Of a stretch of 64,000 nt of DNA, positions 49,368 through 61,938 are shown piece after piece (position 1 is the first letter of the stretch; each line of letters opens with the position of its first letter). The notes beneath the pieces are model-generated. The model was not told the DNA's origin. It saw only the letters and a list, made by a program, of their open reading frames with translations, and did no database searches. The position numbers and the translations under genes are program-made. Where the stretch lies: contig NC_043011.1 in NCBI RefSeq assembly GCF_006345805.1, positions 53,704,464-53,768,463 of the forward strand. The letters are read 5' to 3'. This stretch comes from Octopus sinensis (Eukaryota).

Positions 49368-50134
49368 TGTGTGTGTATGTATGTATGTATGTATGTGTTT
49401 ATCTATGTATGTTTGTATGTTTGCATGTATTTATGTATATTTTCCACTGGCAGATATGTCTAACAGTAACTACAATCAATGTTAACAACCAAACCCTAGA
49501 AAACTTACCTTTCAGAAGAAACATCTAATTGGATGCCAGCATATTTAAAACACAGGAGGCCATTCAAACAAAGAACCGAAGTAAAATATTCGATGAAAAA
49601 AAACCAAAACAAAAAACAAAAACAAAAATATCAATATCACAAACTACCATTTTGCCATTTTTTTCTCCATTTTCTTTTTTGGCAAGTAAGAAAGATAACT
49701 CTAGACATGATTCTGCTTCATTGAACATCATCAGCAATGTAGCATCACTGTAATTTGTTAAAATAGAAGTGAACGAATCTGTAAGTGAATTTACATATTT
49801 GTGTATTTCTTTGCTGATAAAACTCAATGAAGCGGAAACATGCCCAGAATTGTCACTCTTACTTTGCCTGAGAATGAAAAATATCATTAGACACCGAGTA
49901 ATAAATTTTTTGCTTTCTTTTTGTGTTTTTTTTTCCCCCCCTCATTGCTTATTTTATTTTTGTTTTAGCTTTGCAATGCACTTGGCATTAGATGTATTGC
50001 TGCGATCTATCTATTTACTGTTTATTATTATGTGGAATGGTAATTCCGAAGCAAATATATATACACGGTTGTGTGGTAAAAAATAGTTTGCTCTGCTCCT
50101 ACATCATTTCAAGTTTTTTTTTTCCTATCACCAC

Positions 50135-50530
50135 CACTAATGCTAGTAGCAGCAGCAGCCGCAGCAGCAGCACTACCACCACCACCACCACCACCACTAC
50201 CACCACCACTATGCCACCACCACCACCACCACCACCACCACCTCTACCATCACCACTATGCCACCACCATCACCACTACCACCACCACCACCACCACCAC
50301 CACCACCACCACCACCACCACCATCACCACCACTATGCCACCACCATCACCACCACTACAACCATCACCATTGCTGCTGCTGTTGTTGCTGCCACCAGTA
50401 TTACCAGAACCATTGCCGCTGCAACCGCAACCACCACTGCCACCACCAGTGTCCCCTCCCAACCACTGCTACCACCACCACCACCACCACCACTGCTACC
50501 ACCACCACCACTACCACCACCACTGCCACC
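50135..50530. repeat. (CAC)n/(CAG)n triplet array
   Basis: Directly visible. Confidence 0.95.
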
Positions 50531-50631
50531 GCTGACTGAAACAAGTAAAGGAAGACATATACATAGGCATATGTATATATGTGTGTGTGTGTTTGTGCAT
50601 GTGTGCATACACACACACACACACATGCAAA

Positions 50632-51014
50632 ATTCCTTTTACTTGTTTCAGTCACTAGATTGTGGCCATGCTGGGGCACTGCCTTGAAAATTTTCATAGT
50701 CAAACGAATCAACCCCTGTACTTATTTTTAAAGTCTGACACTTATTCTATCGATCCTTTTGCTGTGCTTCTAAGCTACAGGGATATAAACACACCAACAC
50801 CAGTTGTCCAGAAGTAGTGGTGTGGGGGACAAACACAGATACCAACACACACACTCACACACACACACATGATAGACTTCTTTCAGTTTCTGTCTACCAA
50901 ACCCACTGACCTGAGGCTGTAGTTGAAGATACGTGTACAAGGTGCCACACAGTGGGACTGAACCTAGAACCACATGGTTGGGAAGCAAGCTTCTTACCAC
51001 CCAGCCATGCCTGC
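50632..51014 (-). mobile_element. SINE family A, diverged
   Basis: Reverse-complement match. Confidence 0.8.
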
Positions 51015-51023
51015 ACCAATACA

Positions 51024-51200
51024 TCTATTATATAAAATCCGTTCTGTCTGTGTGTGTGTGTGTGTCTTCTAGGATCTCGGGCATCCTCCATCCGATTGCA
51101 CTCAAATCTGATATGTAGATACCGACAGTATCAGGGCGTGTATAAATCTTGAAAAAATTACAAAACTCGATTCCAGGTGAGAACGCAATCGATAAAGCCG
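51024..51200 (+). mobile_element. Helitron/HINE-like 5' end (extent uncertain)
   Basis: tctattatataaaatccgttctgtctgtgtgtgt start, typical of DINE/HINE-like elements. Confidence 0.45.
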
Positions 51201-52065
51201 TTTTTGTCCTGCTTTTCTTCCGTCAACTTGTACATAACTGCACCTTCCATTTTTTGTTGTTTTTGTACTGCTTAAAGGCACGTTTCTTTCCTGCCAAGCT
51301 TACTGTTTAAACCAGGTTTGTGTTCTCCCAGTCAACAGCCTTATCATTACTAGTACTTTAAACTCTTCGGTTGCATATTTCTGCGAATAAAATCGTTTCT
51401 TTGGAATAGAAAAAAAGTCTATCTTTATTTCTTCTTTTGCTGGTGTCTCAAATTTAGGTTAAATCAGTGTTTCTCAAAGGGGAGGCCTATGGGATGGTCG
51501 GACAAGTTGTTTTGAGAAAATTTGGTTTAAATGTTTGACAACTCAGCACCGTCCATTGGATGGAGGGAGCCTTTTGCTCATATATATCTATATTAGGGTA
51601 ATGACTTTTCAATTTTTTTAATGTAAACAGTTTCCTGTATTAAATGTCGATGAACAATTTTATATGAGTAGGAAAAATAACCTTATTTTAATTTTTTTTA
51701 TAAAAACGTCACCCCCAACTGAAAAAAATCTAACACCACTTTTGACCCAAATCATGCAAAATTCCAGAGGGTCTCATAATGCCTCCTCAAGTTTTTACCA
51801 AACTTTGTTTGCTGACTTAATGCAATGCAGAAGCAGTATATCTCAGATTTCAAGTTTCAAGTTTAAGTAGTTTAGGAGTTATAAAGTTTTTAGTTAGGCT
51901 CTACTTTAGGAAATATCCTCTTCCTCTCCTTTTTATTTCTGTGATGCTAAAAACCGTTTTCCAGAATAGTGGGCTTATCCAGCTAGAGTATCTAAAATAA
52001 CGTCTCATGAGAAAAGTGCTTGTGTCACTCAAAGAAACAAAAAAATCTGGACAAAGATTTTGTCC

Positions 52066-52475
52066 AGGCGTAGGAGTAGCTGTGTGGTAAATAGCTTGCT
52101 TACGAACCACATGGTTCTGGGTTCAGTCCCACTGTGTGGCACTTTGGGCAAGTGTCTTCTACTATAGCCTCAGGCCAACCAAAGTCTTGTGAGTGGATTT
52201 GGTAGACAGAAACTGAAAGAAGCCCGTCGTATGTATATATATAGAGGTATGACTGCCCTTACTGCCGAAACAGCTGTCAGATATGATATAATTACATATT
52301 ATATTTTATATTTTATATTTCTATTTCCTTGTCTATTTATATTTACTATATATTTTGTATAATGCCTTTACTGATATGTAATGGTGTAATAAAGTATTGA
52401 TTGGGTATCATCTGTTAGTTGATGTTTTATTGATTTAAGTATGTTTCTCCATTTTCTAATTTTGTAGTATATATT

Positions 52476-52508
<33 letters not shown>

Positions 52509-52750
52509 ATATATATATGTGTGTGTGTGTGTGTATATGTTTGTGTGTCTGTGTTTGTCCTGCCTACATCGCTTGACAACCGATGCTGGTGTGTTTATGT
52601 CCCCGTAACTTAGCAGTTCGGCAAAAGAGACTGATAGTATAAGTACTAGGCTTATAAAGAATAAGTCCTGGGGTCGATTTGCTCGACTAAAGGCGGTGCT
52701 CCAGCATGGCCACAGTCAAATGACTGAAACAAGTAAAAGGGTAAAAGAGT
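52066..52750 (+). mobile_element. SINE family A split in its internal (TA)n by an HHR-bearing insert
   Basis: 5' half 52066-52240; 3' half ~52500-52750. Confidence 0.88.
52244..52283 (+). ncRNA. 5'-truncated hammerhead motif
   Basis: (TA)n-GA-GGTA..TGCC-GAAA-CAGCT-GTC-AGATA; palindromic stem III ACAGCTGT. Confidence 0.6.
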
Positions 52751-52789
52751 ATAGAATCTCATGCAATTTCAAGACTGACATAGGAAAAG

Positions 52790-53585
52790 AAGACCTGTTC
52801 CTCTAGAAGAGCATTCTTTGGAAAACAAGTGCAGGATACCAATGAAGCATCAGATTGTTGGTCGCTACCTGTTCCTTGGAGGTACCATCAAAGGAAGGAA
52901 AGAAAGAACAAAGGAGATTTCGAAAGAAGTAACTTTTTATGGCCAAGAATACCAAGTTCTAGTTTTAAAGAATGACCAGAGAGAAGTTAAGTTAGAAGCA
53001 CTCCAATTACCAAAGGGAAAATCCGATACTGTTGTGAAAGGAATAGCAGCTGTTTTAGATGAATACAATTCATGGAACTGTGTAAAGAGGATTGTCACTG
53101 ATACAACGAGAGTGAACACTGGGAAAAGAAATGGCGTTGTCATTCAGTTGCAAAGACTATTTGCTCAAAACTGTTTGAAAGAACCGCAATTTATTGGTCG
53201 TCAGCATCATATCCTTGATAGAGTTCTTTGTAATGGATAACAAGCTTGGAGGTAAAAGTCATCTCCCAATATTGAATATACATTCATCCCAGAGTTTTTA
53301 AGTAATTATGATAAACTCCAGGCTAATTTCAATAATGGTGAAGAAAAGATTACTGAATCAGCAGGATGGCAAGATGACATGAAATTTCTATTTCATTTGA
53401 CCAAAGTTTTTCATTTCTTTGAAGAAACTGACAAATTTCCTACTGTAAAGTTTCAAGAAATACCCAATTTAAGTAATGCAAGATAGAATTCTCAATAAAT
53501 ACTCGCTTTTTTGGCATCTATTCTTCTATCAGAGAAAAGAATTTTGTTTCTCAATGTTTGTCAGTTCATCTCTTACAGATTGGCA
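52790..53585 (+). mobile_element. DDE transposase relic with DTTxxNTG motif (hAT-like group, subfamily unresolved)
   Basis: IVTDTTRVNTGKRNGVVIQL...FIGRQHHILDRVL; stops and frameshifts downstream. Confidence 0.65.
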
Positions 53586-53594
53586 GAGTTTTGC

Positions 53595-53632
<38 letters not shown>

Positions 53633-54120
53633 CCATAAGATGTACCTGGTGTAAGCTATGGACACATAAGAGGTGCAGCAATATCAGAGGAGTTTTAACA
53701 GGGAAAATAGATTTTGTGTGTGGAAGGTGTACAGGTACAATTAAGACTAAAAATGTACAGAAAATAGATTTCATCATATGCTGGGGGTCGTGGTCGTGAA
53801 TTAGAAGTAGTCAAAAGCTACCATTTCCTAGGTGACTAAGTCGGTAGTGGGGGTGGTGGGTGGTGGATGCTCCGAGAGCATAGCTGTTAAATAAGAATAG
53901 GCTGGGCAAAGTTCAGAGAGCTCCTACCTCTGCTTGTAACAAAGGGCCTCTCACTCAAAGTAAAAAGCAGACTGTATGATGCCTGTGTGTGAACAGCCAT
54001 GTTACATGGCAGTGAAACAAGGGCCGTGACTGCTGAGGACATGTGTAGGCTTGTAAGAAATGAAGCTAGTATGCTTTGCTGGATATTCAATGTCCATGTG
54101 CATGCACGACAGAGTGCAAG

Positions 54121-54380
54121 CTTATTGACATTATTTACATTATTTAACGGATATATTTGTCCTCATCTTGTTTGTTAACACAACGTTTCAGCTGATATAC
54201 TCTCCAGCCTTCTTCAGGTGTTTGGAGGAATTTCGAACCTGGGTTCTCATTCCTAAGATATTCTTCGATATTATTTTTATTATTATTGTTCAAGTTACTG
54301 ATTGGAATTGAACTCGGAATCTTGGGGTTAGTAGCCCGCGCTGTTAAACACTATGCCATATGCCCGTGGCCATATGGCAT
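54121..54380 (-). mobile_element. tRNA-headed SINE carrying a hammerhead ribozyme
   Basis: A box tggcatagtg and B box gagttcaattcc; HHR at 54177-54222; TSD agtg(c/t)aag at 54113-54120 and 54381-54388. Confidence 0.8.
54177..54222 (-). ncRNA. Minimal type I hammerhead ribozyme
   Basis: AACAC-CTGAAGA-A-GGCTG-gagagtatat-CAGCT-GAAA-C-GTT-GTGTT; stem III ACGT; GUU site. Confidence 0.8.
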
Positions 54381-55553
54381 AGTGTAAGTTTCCTGAGAGA
54401 AAAGTTGGATATAAGAGACATCAGATGTGGTGTGTAAGAGAGACAACTGTGCTGGCATGGTCATGTGATGTGTATGGACGAGGACAGCTGTGTGAGGAAG
54501 TGTCGCACTCTAACAGTGGAGGGAACCTGTGGAAGAGGTAGAGCCAGAAAGATGTGGGATGAGGTGGTGAAGCATGATCTTCACATATTGGGCCTCATGG
54601 AGGCAACGGCAAGTGGCAGAGACCTTCGGCGATATGCTGTGCTTGAGAAGACCCGTCAAGCCAAAGTAGGTTGTAGTTGTGGCTGAAGCCAGTGTCGCAT
54701 GACTGGCCTGTTAAAAGCACCCTTCAAATGTTGGGTGATATGCTGTGCTTGTGAAGACCTGTCGAGTCAAGTGAAATCGTAGTCATAGCTGATGTCTGAC
54801 TGGCATCCGTGCCGGTGGCATGTAAAAAGCAGTATTTAAATATCAGGCCTCACAGAGGCAGTGACAGGTGACTGAGACCTTTGGCAATATATAGTGCTTC
54901 TGTAGACCTGTCAAGCCAAATGAGACCATAGTCAGGACCGATGCTGGTGTCAAGTCAATGGCACGTAAAAAAACACCCACTATACTCTCAGAGTGGTTGG
55001 CATTACGAAGGGCATCCAGCTGTAGAAACCTTGCAAAATCAGATGGGAACCTTGTACAGCTCCCTGGCTTGCCAGTTTTCAGTCAAACCATCCAACCCAT
55101 GCCAGTATGGAAAATGGACGTTAAATGATGATGAGGATGATGATGACATATAGTAAAAAAAATATATCATAAAAGAAGAAAAATGCACACAATTTATATA
55201 TTTTTTTATTTAATATATTTTAAAGGATAGAAATTTATGATAGTCAATTGGTTTTGTGTTTCACTAATCATTGAAATTGGTGAAAATATTGTAATTTCAT
55301 GTGTTCTTATGAATTTTTTAATCCATGTTGCTTGTGTGAGAGTTTGTTTGTAAATGAAGAGCATTAAGAAAAAATCTAAGGCGAGATAATTAGTGTTTGT
55401 TATTATTTGAGACGTATGTGATGATGATGATGATGATGTGTGTGTGTATTTATATATATGTATGTGTGTGTTGGCCATGCCAGTATGAGTGATTAGTTTG
55501 CTTGGCTCCAAATGAATTCTTATAGGAGTTGCACAAGTTTATTGTTGAGAGAG

Positions 55554-55595
<42 letters not shown>

Positions 55596-55820
55596 AAGGG
55601 AGAGTGGCAGGTGGGAACTGGAGAGGAGCAGCATTAGGGGAGAGAGTGAAAGTGAAAAACTAATTTTAGGGATTAGTGAGAGAAAGACAGTGATAGGACT
55701 GTAGGGAGAGATGAAAAGAAGATGCAAGGCTACCCCATATTATATATGGCTGTGTAGACCAGTGAATGGAGAAGAGACAAGATGATAAGAGTATGGACAG
55801 ACTGAATCTTCAAGGTAAAA

Positions 55821-56042
55821 CAAGGGGGGGTGATGAAATTAGTTCCTGGCTTTGGGTAAAAGAAAATACAAGAGGATCTGTTAATTGTGATTTTATTCAA
55901 TATATATTCCCCTCTCAAATTCATACACTTATTGCAGTGGCTTTTCAATTTTTCTAACCCTGTAAAAGAACTTGGAATATTGGGCCCCCAACCAGGTCTT
56001 TCGTGATACCCTTAAATCCAGGAGCTTTTCAGCAGCCCCTAA
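55821..56042 (-). mobile_element. Mariner-derived MITE
   Basis: TIRs gggggtgatgaaattagttcctggcttt / aaatccaggagcttttcagcagcccc; remnant CNKCMNLRGEYI resembles mariner C-terminus. Confidence 0.75.
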
Positions 56043-56399
56043 TATGTCTAAGAGAGCTTCATGACAGGAGAACCAAAAGATGGATAAAAGTTTGCCACTG
56101 AAGCATCATATTTCAGGAGGAGAGAGGAAGGATAGGGAAAGGATGATATTCAATGTGTCCAAATTGAGTATCTTCATCTCTGTTAAGGGTGACAGGGTCT
56201 GAGAAGCAGAAAAGATGAGAGGGTACAGAATAGGTACCGTGGGTAGGAGAAAAGATGGTGAGGTTATGTAACAATATAGAATGAGCAATAGACAGGGGAG
56301 GTGGTGCATACATAAAACAACAGGCAAGGGAGCAGTGCTTGCGCTAACCCACTTTTTCAATCAGTATTTCACCAAGTTCGTGGGGGAGGCCAGGGTTTT

Positions 56400-57420
56400 T
56401 TTTCTTCTTTCCAGTACCAAATATTGCCAGTTTACATGACTCCCTCCTATTTTCTTCATCAGATGTAACATCTCAAGATCATTTTTCACCGCTTCATTCT
56501 CAGTCTTTCTCAGTCTCCCTCTTCCACAAGCATCATTCACTTGGTGTGTTTGGCATTTACTCATGCAGCTGTCATCCTGCATCTGTTTCACATGTCCACA
56601 CCATGCAGTCTCCTCTCTCTTGTATGCTATATTGAATTCTTCTTACATGCCAGTGTGTCTCTCAGTTCATTTATATATGCTAACATAATACACCCAGCAA
56701 AGCATACTCACCTCATTTCTTTCTACTCTTGGCAGGTCTCTCACATTTAAGTGTCATATCTCATTTCCATATCTCACTGCCATATCTCATTTCCATATCT
56801 CATTGCCATGCAGCAGCAAACTTGAAAGACAAGCATCTTACAATCGGTAAACATAGACTGTAAGATGCTTCTCAAGAAAAAAATCCTTTGTTGCCAGCAG
56901 AGTTAATAGCTCTCAGAACTTTGTCCATCTTGTTCTTATTCAAGCTATCAAACATCACATTTGGAACATCTATTCTCACACAACTAATTTGGTCACTAAG
57001 GTAGCAAAAGTTATCAACTATTCCTAGGGAGTTGACTGGGCCTTTGAGAGTATTTGTTTACCAAGTGCTCTTAGTACTTAGTCCTGATGTACCTGTTCCA
57101 TGTAACATCTACCTTCTCTGTTAGTCTGCTTGTGATCCCACTACACCCTTTGTTTACGATGGACATATGTTACAGAATTTTTAGCAATTCCTTTTCTGCA
57201 GAATAAGCACAACCATTTCTCTGATGCAAAAAGAGTTCCGTCTTCCCTCCTACTTATTAAAATTTTTGTTTTTGGTAAATTTATTTTAAGGTCCTTCAAT
57301 TCTAGATTTTGCTTCCATGTCTGGGATTTCAATTTCAATTCTTCCACAGATCCTGCTATCAGCAATAAGTTACAAACATGAAAGTTCCCAAGAACAGCCA
57401 ATCTGGCTGGTAGTAAAGCC
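56400..57420 (-). mobile_element. RTE LINE relic, old
   Basis: LLIAGSVEELKLKSQTWKQNLELKDLKINLPKTKIL..WLCLFCRKG; CGRGRLRKT. Confidence 0.8.
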
Positions 57421-57872
57421 AAACAATAATAGATTGCAACAGATGCAGGTGCATGCTATTTGCTCCTAAGATGTGTATAGGTGTCCAGCGGCATTTTACC
57501 AAACTGTTTGCGAGGAGTGTCAAACTAGAGATAGTAGAATTTGATGCCCATCTTGATGATGATGTGCTTAATAATGGACTGATGCAGAGTGCTGTGAAAA
57601 ACTGATTTCAGTAGATGATGAAGTAGCAGACACGTTAGGTGAACTGTGTGAGGAATAAATCTCTTGGGTGAAACAGTCGGTCCAATGGACTTCATTGTTA
57701 CATGATGTCATTTGTTACAATCTTTGAAATTGATTATTGCAATTGACAGCAGATTGGAAGCATTCGAAGCTGTGTGAGCGGAGCATGAGTAAGCAGCCAA
57801 ACAATGGAATCATAAAAAACTACTTTAGGTGTGTAACTCTAAAGATGCTCACTAGGAGGTTGGTGCTTGTCA

Positions 57873-58342
57873 TAGGCGTAGGAGTGGCTGTGTGGTAAGT
57901 AGCTTGCTTATGAACCACATGGTTCTGGGTTCAGTCCCTCTGTGTGGCACCTTGGGCAAGTGTCTTCTACTATAGCCTTGGGCCGACCAAAGCCTTGTGA
58001 GTGGATTTGGTAGACGGAAACTGAAAAAAGCCCATCGTATATATGTATATATACATACACACACACACATACACACACACACACAAACACATTCTCACAC
58101 ACATATATATATGTGTGTGTGTGCGTATATGTTTGTGTGTCTGTGTTTGTCCCCCCAACATCATTTGACAACCGATGCTGGTGTGTTTACATCCCCGTAA
58201 CTTACCGGTTCGGCAAAAGAGACCGATAGAATAAGTACTAGGCTTACAAAGAATAAGTCCTGGGGTCGATTTGCTCCACTAAAAAGGCGCTGCTCCAGCA
58301 TGGCCACAGTCAAATAACTGAAACAAGCAAAAGAGTAAAAGA
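57873..58342 (+). mobile_element. SINE family A, full length
   Basis: Family match. Confidence 0.92.
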
Positions 58343-58793
58343 GTCATGTTTGTCCATCTCAGAGCAATGGAAAAATGAAGACCATCTGATCAACCTTAAG
58401 GAAGATTGTTGACTGACTCAGTGACTTTGTTTAAAGTAAAGAAGAGTTGCATGCTGTCAACTACGCTCTCTTGTCTGTGACCATTTTCAACCCAGTGGCA
58501 AAACCAAGTCAAGGCGAATGAAGATAGAGATTGATTCAGTGGATGATCAAGGTGTCTTACTTGCCTCATCTCACTCTCTTCCTTCCACAATGAGTTGCTG
58601 CAGCTGGCTTCCCTTCCAGTGAACCATGAAGGTTTATTCTGCAGAGTCTGCCAGATCCAGTCTTCATATGCACAGGTAGGCAAGCCCTAATATCCTAATT
58701 AACCCACAACGAGGACCGTAACAGATGTTACTTCTCACAATCAGAGTAGACCTTGAAACAGTAGCTGCCAAGAGGTGGTTCCACTCTCCTTAA

Positions 58794-59014
58794 CCCTTTC
58801 AATATCAGCCAGGATGAAACCGCCTCTGGCTCTGAGTACAAATGTCTTGTTTTCATAAGTTTTGAATTAAAATCTTCCACTAAACCTTAGTCACAATTTA
58901 TGTTCCTTAAACCAGCTTAAATGATAGCTAAGTTATTTTACTAAATTCTTTGTTAATTTAAAATTAATTGAAAGAAACACAGAGCATCTCAAAATAAATA
59001 CAGTAACGAAAGGG
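58794..59014. mobile_element. piggyBac-type MITE
   Basis: TTAA-ccctttc...gaaaggg-TTAA; related fragments near 5688-6330. Confidence 0.75.
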
Positions 59015-60205
59015 TTAATCAGTAAAATAGTTGGAAATGTCTAATCTTGTACAATCTCTGGCTAGCCATGACAGCCACTACATCACGCGATACACTGTTA
59101 AGTTTGTTGGCTCTAGATTTGGCCGCAGTGTGACTTTAACTAGTATGGGTCAATCAAAGATGTACGATGGTGGTTGATTGCCAGAACTGTTAGCGTGTAG
59201 TACAAATGTCTTCAGGTAACTGTCTGGTTCGTTATGCTTTGAGTTCAAAATCCAGCCAAGGTTAATATTATAATTCTTTTTCCCACAGTTGGTGAATTAT
59301 GTACCAGTCAACTTTTGAGGTTAATCTCAAATTTAGTTTTGTGTCTAAGTCACTATCACCATCACTACCATCATAATCACTACCATCATCATCATCATCA
59401 CCAACAACATTATTAACGTTTTCTTTTTCTCCTTTTTTTCTTTCTTTCTTTTTGGTAAAGGCTAAAAGTTATTACTAAAATGCATTTCAGTGTTTGCTCA
59501 GTCTCCCAACATCCACACGTGTCATCATCACAGGCACTTAAGAATATTCTAGCCTATTTCAAGATTTCTATATTTATTTATCTTCTGCACAGAGAACTTT
59601 CTGCAAGACAGTCATTGATTTTTTTTCCACTCTCTACCTCCTCCCCCTCCCTCCTATTTCTCCTGCTCTTCTCTTTCTTTTTCTCCTCCTCCCTCTTTCT
59701 GTACCATCTCCATCTTCATCATCACCGCTTCCTCTGCCCTGCCAGCTGCCAATTTGGATTGCTTTCCTTTTTAGAATTAGTTGTTTTGTAAAGAAAACTA
59801 ATTATTTTACTTTGGAATTTGAAAAATTTCCCCAAGAGAATCGGTTAAAGGAATTAAAGTTGGCCTGCAAATTTCCTTGACATGAGAAATAATTCAGCTG
59901 TAAAGAAGGGCAGTGTGTGTGTGTGTGTGTAACGGGGGAAGCTAGAGACATAAGGATTGACAAAGAGAGAGGTAGAATGAGAAGAGAAGTGAGAGAGAGA
60001 GAGCAAGAGAGGGAGAGAGACAGAGACAGAGAGAGACAGAGAAATGGTGAGAGTTTGATAAAGATGACACCTATGGAAAACTCAAAAATGGATAGCTATG
60101 TGAGTGTATTGTTGCATGTATATATATATTATGCATACATATGTGTGTATGTGTATCTCTGTGTCTCTGTCTCTCTGTCTCTCTGTCTCACTCTCACTCT
60201 TTCTC

Positions 60206-60242
<37 letters not shown>

Positions 60243-60287
60243 ATATATATAGATATATATATAAACATATATATATAGATATATGTA

Positions 60288-61446
60288 CAAGGTGTTTGAT
60301 TAAATTTAACAATTTGCATAAAAGGAAAGAAACCACAATATTCCATTCAAAAACAAAAATATTTTGAACAATCAAAAAATACCAACTAGATTATGGCTAA
60401 GAGATTGTGGTTTACTCAAAATAGCTGCCCTCAGTTTCCACCACGACCTCAGCATGACTCCAGAACCTGGTGCCTGCATTCTTCACTGTGTCCCTGGGAA
60501 GATCTTTGAATACCTTCTTGATCTAGACCCCCCCCCTGCTCAGCTTTGGTGTTGTGTTAGAGCAGTTGGTGTCTTTCTTAACTGTATGCTACACGTAGTG
60601 ATCCGTGGGATTATAATCAAAGGGATTAGGAAGCGATAAACTGGAACTGGTGAAGTTGATGGAAATTCTCTGATAATCACTTTTGACTCTTCTGGTGGTA
60701 TGGCAAGGATCAGAATCCTCTGCCAAACATATGGCCTTTGGAGCATCAAAACTCACCAGCCAAGGACTGAACATAGTCTCCCGCAGCTTCGTACAGCCTT
60801 CTGAATAGAGCTTAAGTCTCTGCTGAAAGACGTGGGAATGAATTAATTAGAGCATGCAGACGCAGTCAGAATCTCTACTGTTTTTTCCTGCTGGCCACAG
60901 CTTCATAGTCTCCATTGCAACTGTCAAACGTTTTGTCTTACAGCCTTTTGCAGTGTTCACAGAGCATTAAACCACAGTCATGATATTGAGATTGTGATAT
61001 TCAACACGAATCATCATGATGCAGGTAACTCTTTTCCAATATTCAAATGACTTCCAGTCTTCCATGTCTTATTTCTTTACTGCCCACAAGGGGCTAAACA
61101 TACAGGGGACAAACAAGGACAGACAAAGGGATTAAGTCGATTACATCAACCCCAGTGCTTAACTGGTACTTGATTTATCAATCCCGAAGGATGAAAGGCA
61201 AGGTCAACCTCGGCGGAATTTGAACTCAGAATGTAATGGCAGACGAAATGCCGCTCATCATTTTGGCCGGCTTGCTAAGTTTCTGCTTTCTTCTGCCAGC
61301 TCACTGCCTTCCATGTCTGTTAACTTTTTCTCAACTGTAACTTTAACCTTTATGCTCTCCAATGCCATTGACTATTCACCAATACATCAAGCAGTTTCTG
61401 ATAAGAGGAGACATAGAATATCATAAAATTTAACCTGGACACCCTG
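60288..61446 (-). mobile_element. maT/DD37D-type element relic with nested MetaSINE (61070-61307), duplicate copy 1
   Basis: TA-caaggtgtttgattaaattt / aaatttaacctggacaccctg-TA; decayed EDSDPCHTTR, PNPFDYNPTDHYV, EGSYFE; SINE TSD cttccatgtct. Confidence 0.8.
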
Positions 61447-61882
61447 TATAATCATACTCATTTACTTGTTTCAGTCATTTTGACTGTGGCCATGCTGGAG
61501 CACCGCCTTTAGTCAAACAAAATCGATCTTTGGACTTATTCTTATAAGCCTAGTACTTATTCTATCGGTCTCTTTTTGCCGAACCATTTATTCCTTTGGA
61601 ATAAAACCAATGTTGTCTTTGAAACATATGTCGAAAGTAAAAGAATTGAATAACACCTGCATTCAACTCCATTTATTTTCTTATACTATACAAATTATTG
61701 CACATTAACTTGGAGTTTCTACCTTTGAATAGGTCGCTACATCCTTGTTACTTGCGTGAATTTTGCTACCCTGGTAACTGTTTATTGAATTTTCCATGTT
61801 AACTGTAGCAAAGGATAATTCATTCATCCATTTACACATATTTCAACAGATTATGTATATTATATATATATATATATATAAT

Positions 61883-61914
<32 letters not shown>

Positions 61915-61938
61915 AACATATATATATAGATATATGTA

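Larger units (their letters stand above)
53629..55148 (+). mobile_element. RTE LINE, 5'-truncated, decayed RT plus 3' UTR, interrupted at 54121-54380
   Basis: NSIRCTWCKLWTHKRC..FVCGRC, RIGWAKFRELLPLL, LYDACV..AMLHGSET, QLCWHGHVM, GRGRARKMW; (gat)n tail. Confidence 0.9.

Noticed and set aside
49509-49524. Possible 16-nt minus-strand microexon (strong GTAAGT donor, long pyrimidine tract)
   Set aside because: Not a multiple of 3, no partner exons; the nearby ORF-like sequence (49670-49880) is an old inverted repeat
54300-54366. Possible tRNA gene (also other tRNA-like heads)
   Set aside because: No complete acceptor stem; followed by SINE body and bounded by a TSD
57480-57680. Protein-like stretch (LEIVEFDAHLDDDVL / LISVDDEVADTLGEL)
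   Set aside because: Needs a frameshift, stops soon after, no recognised family
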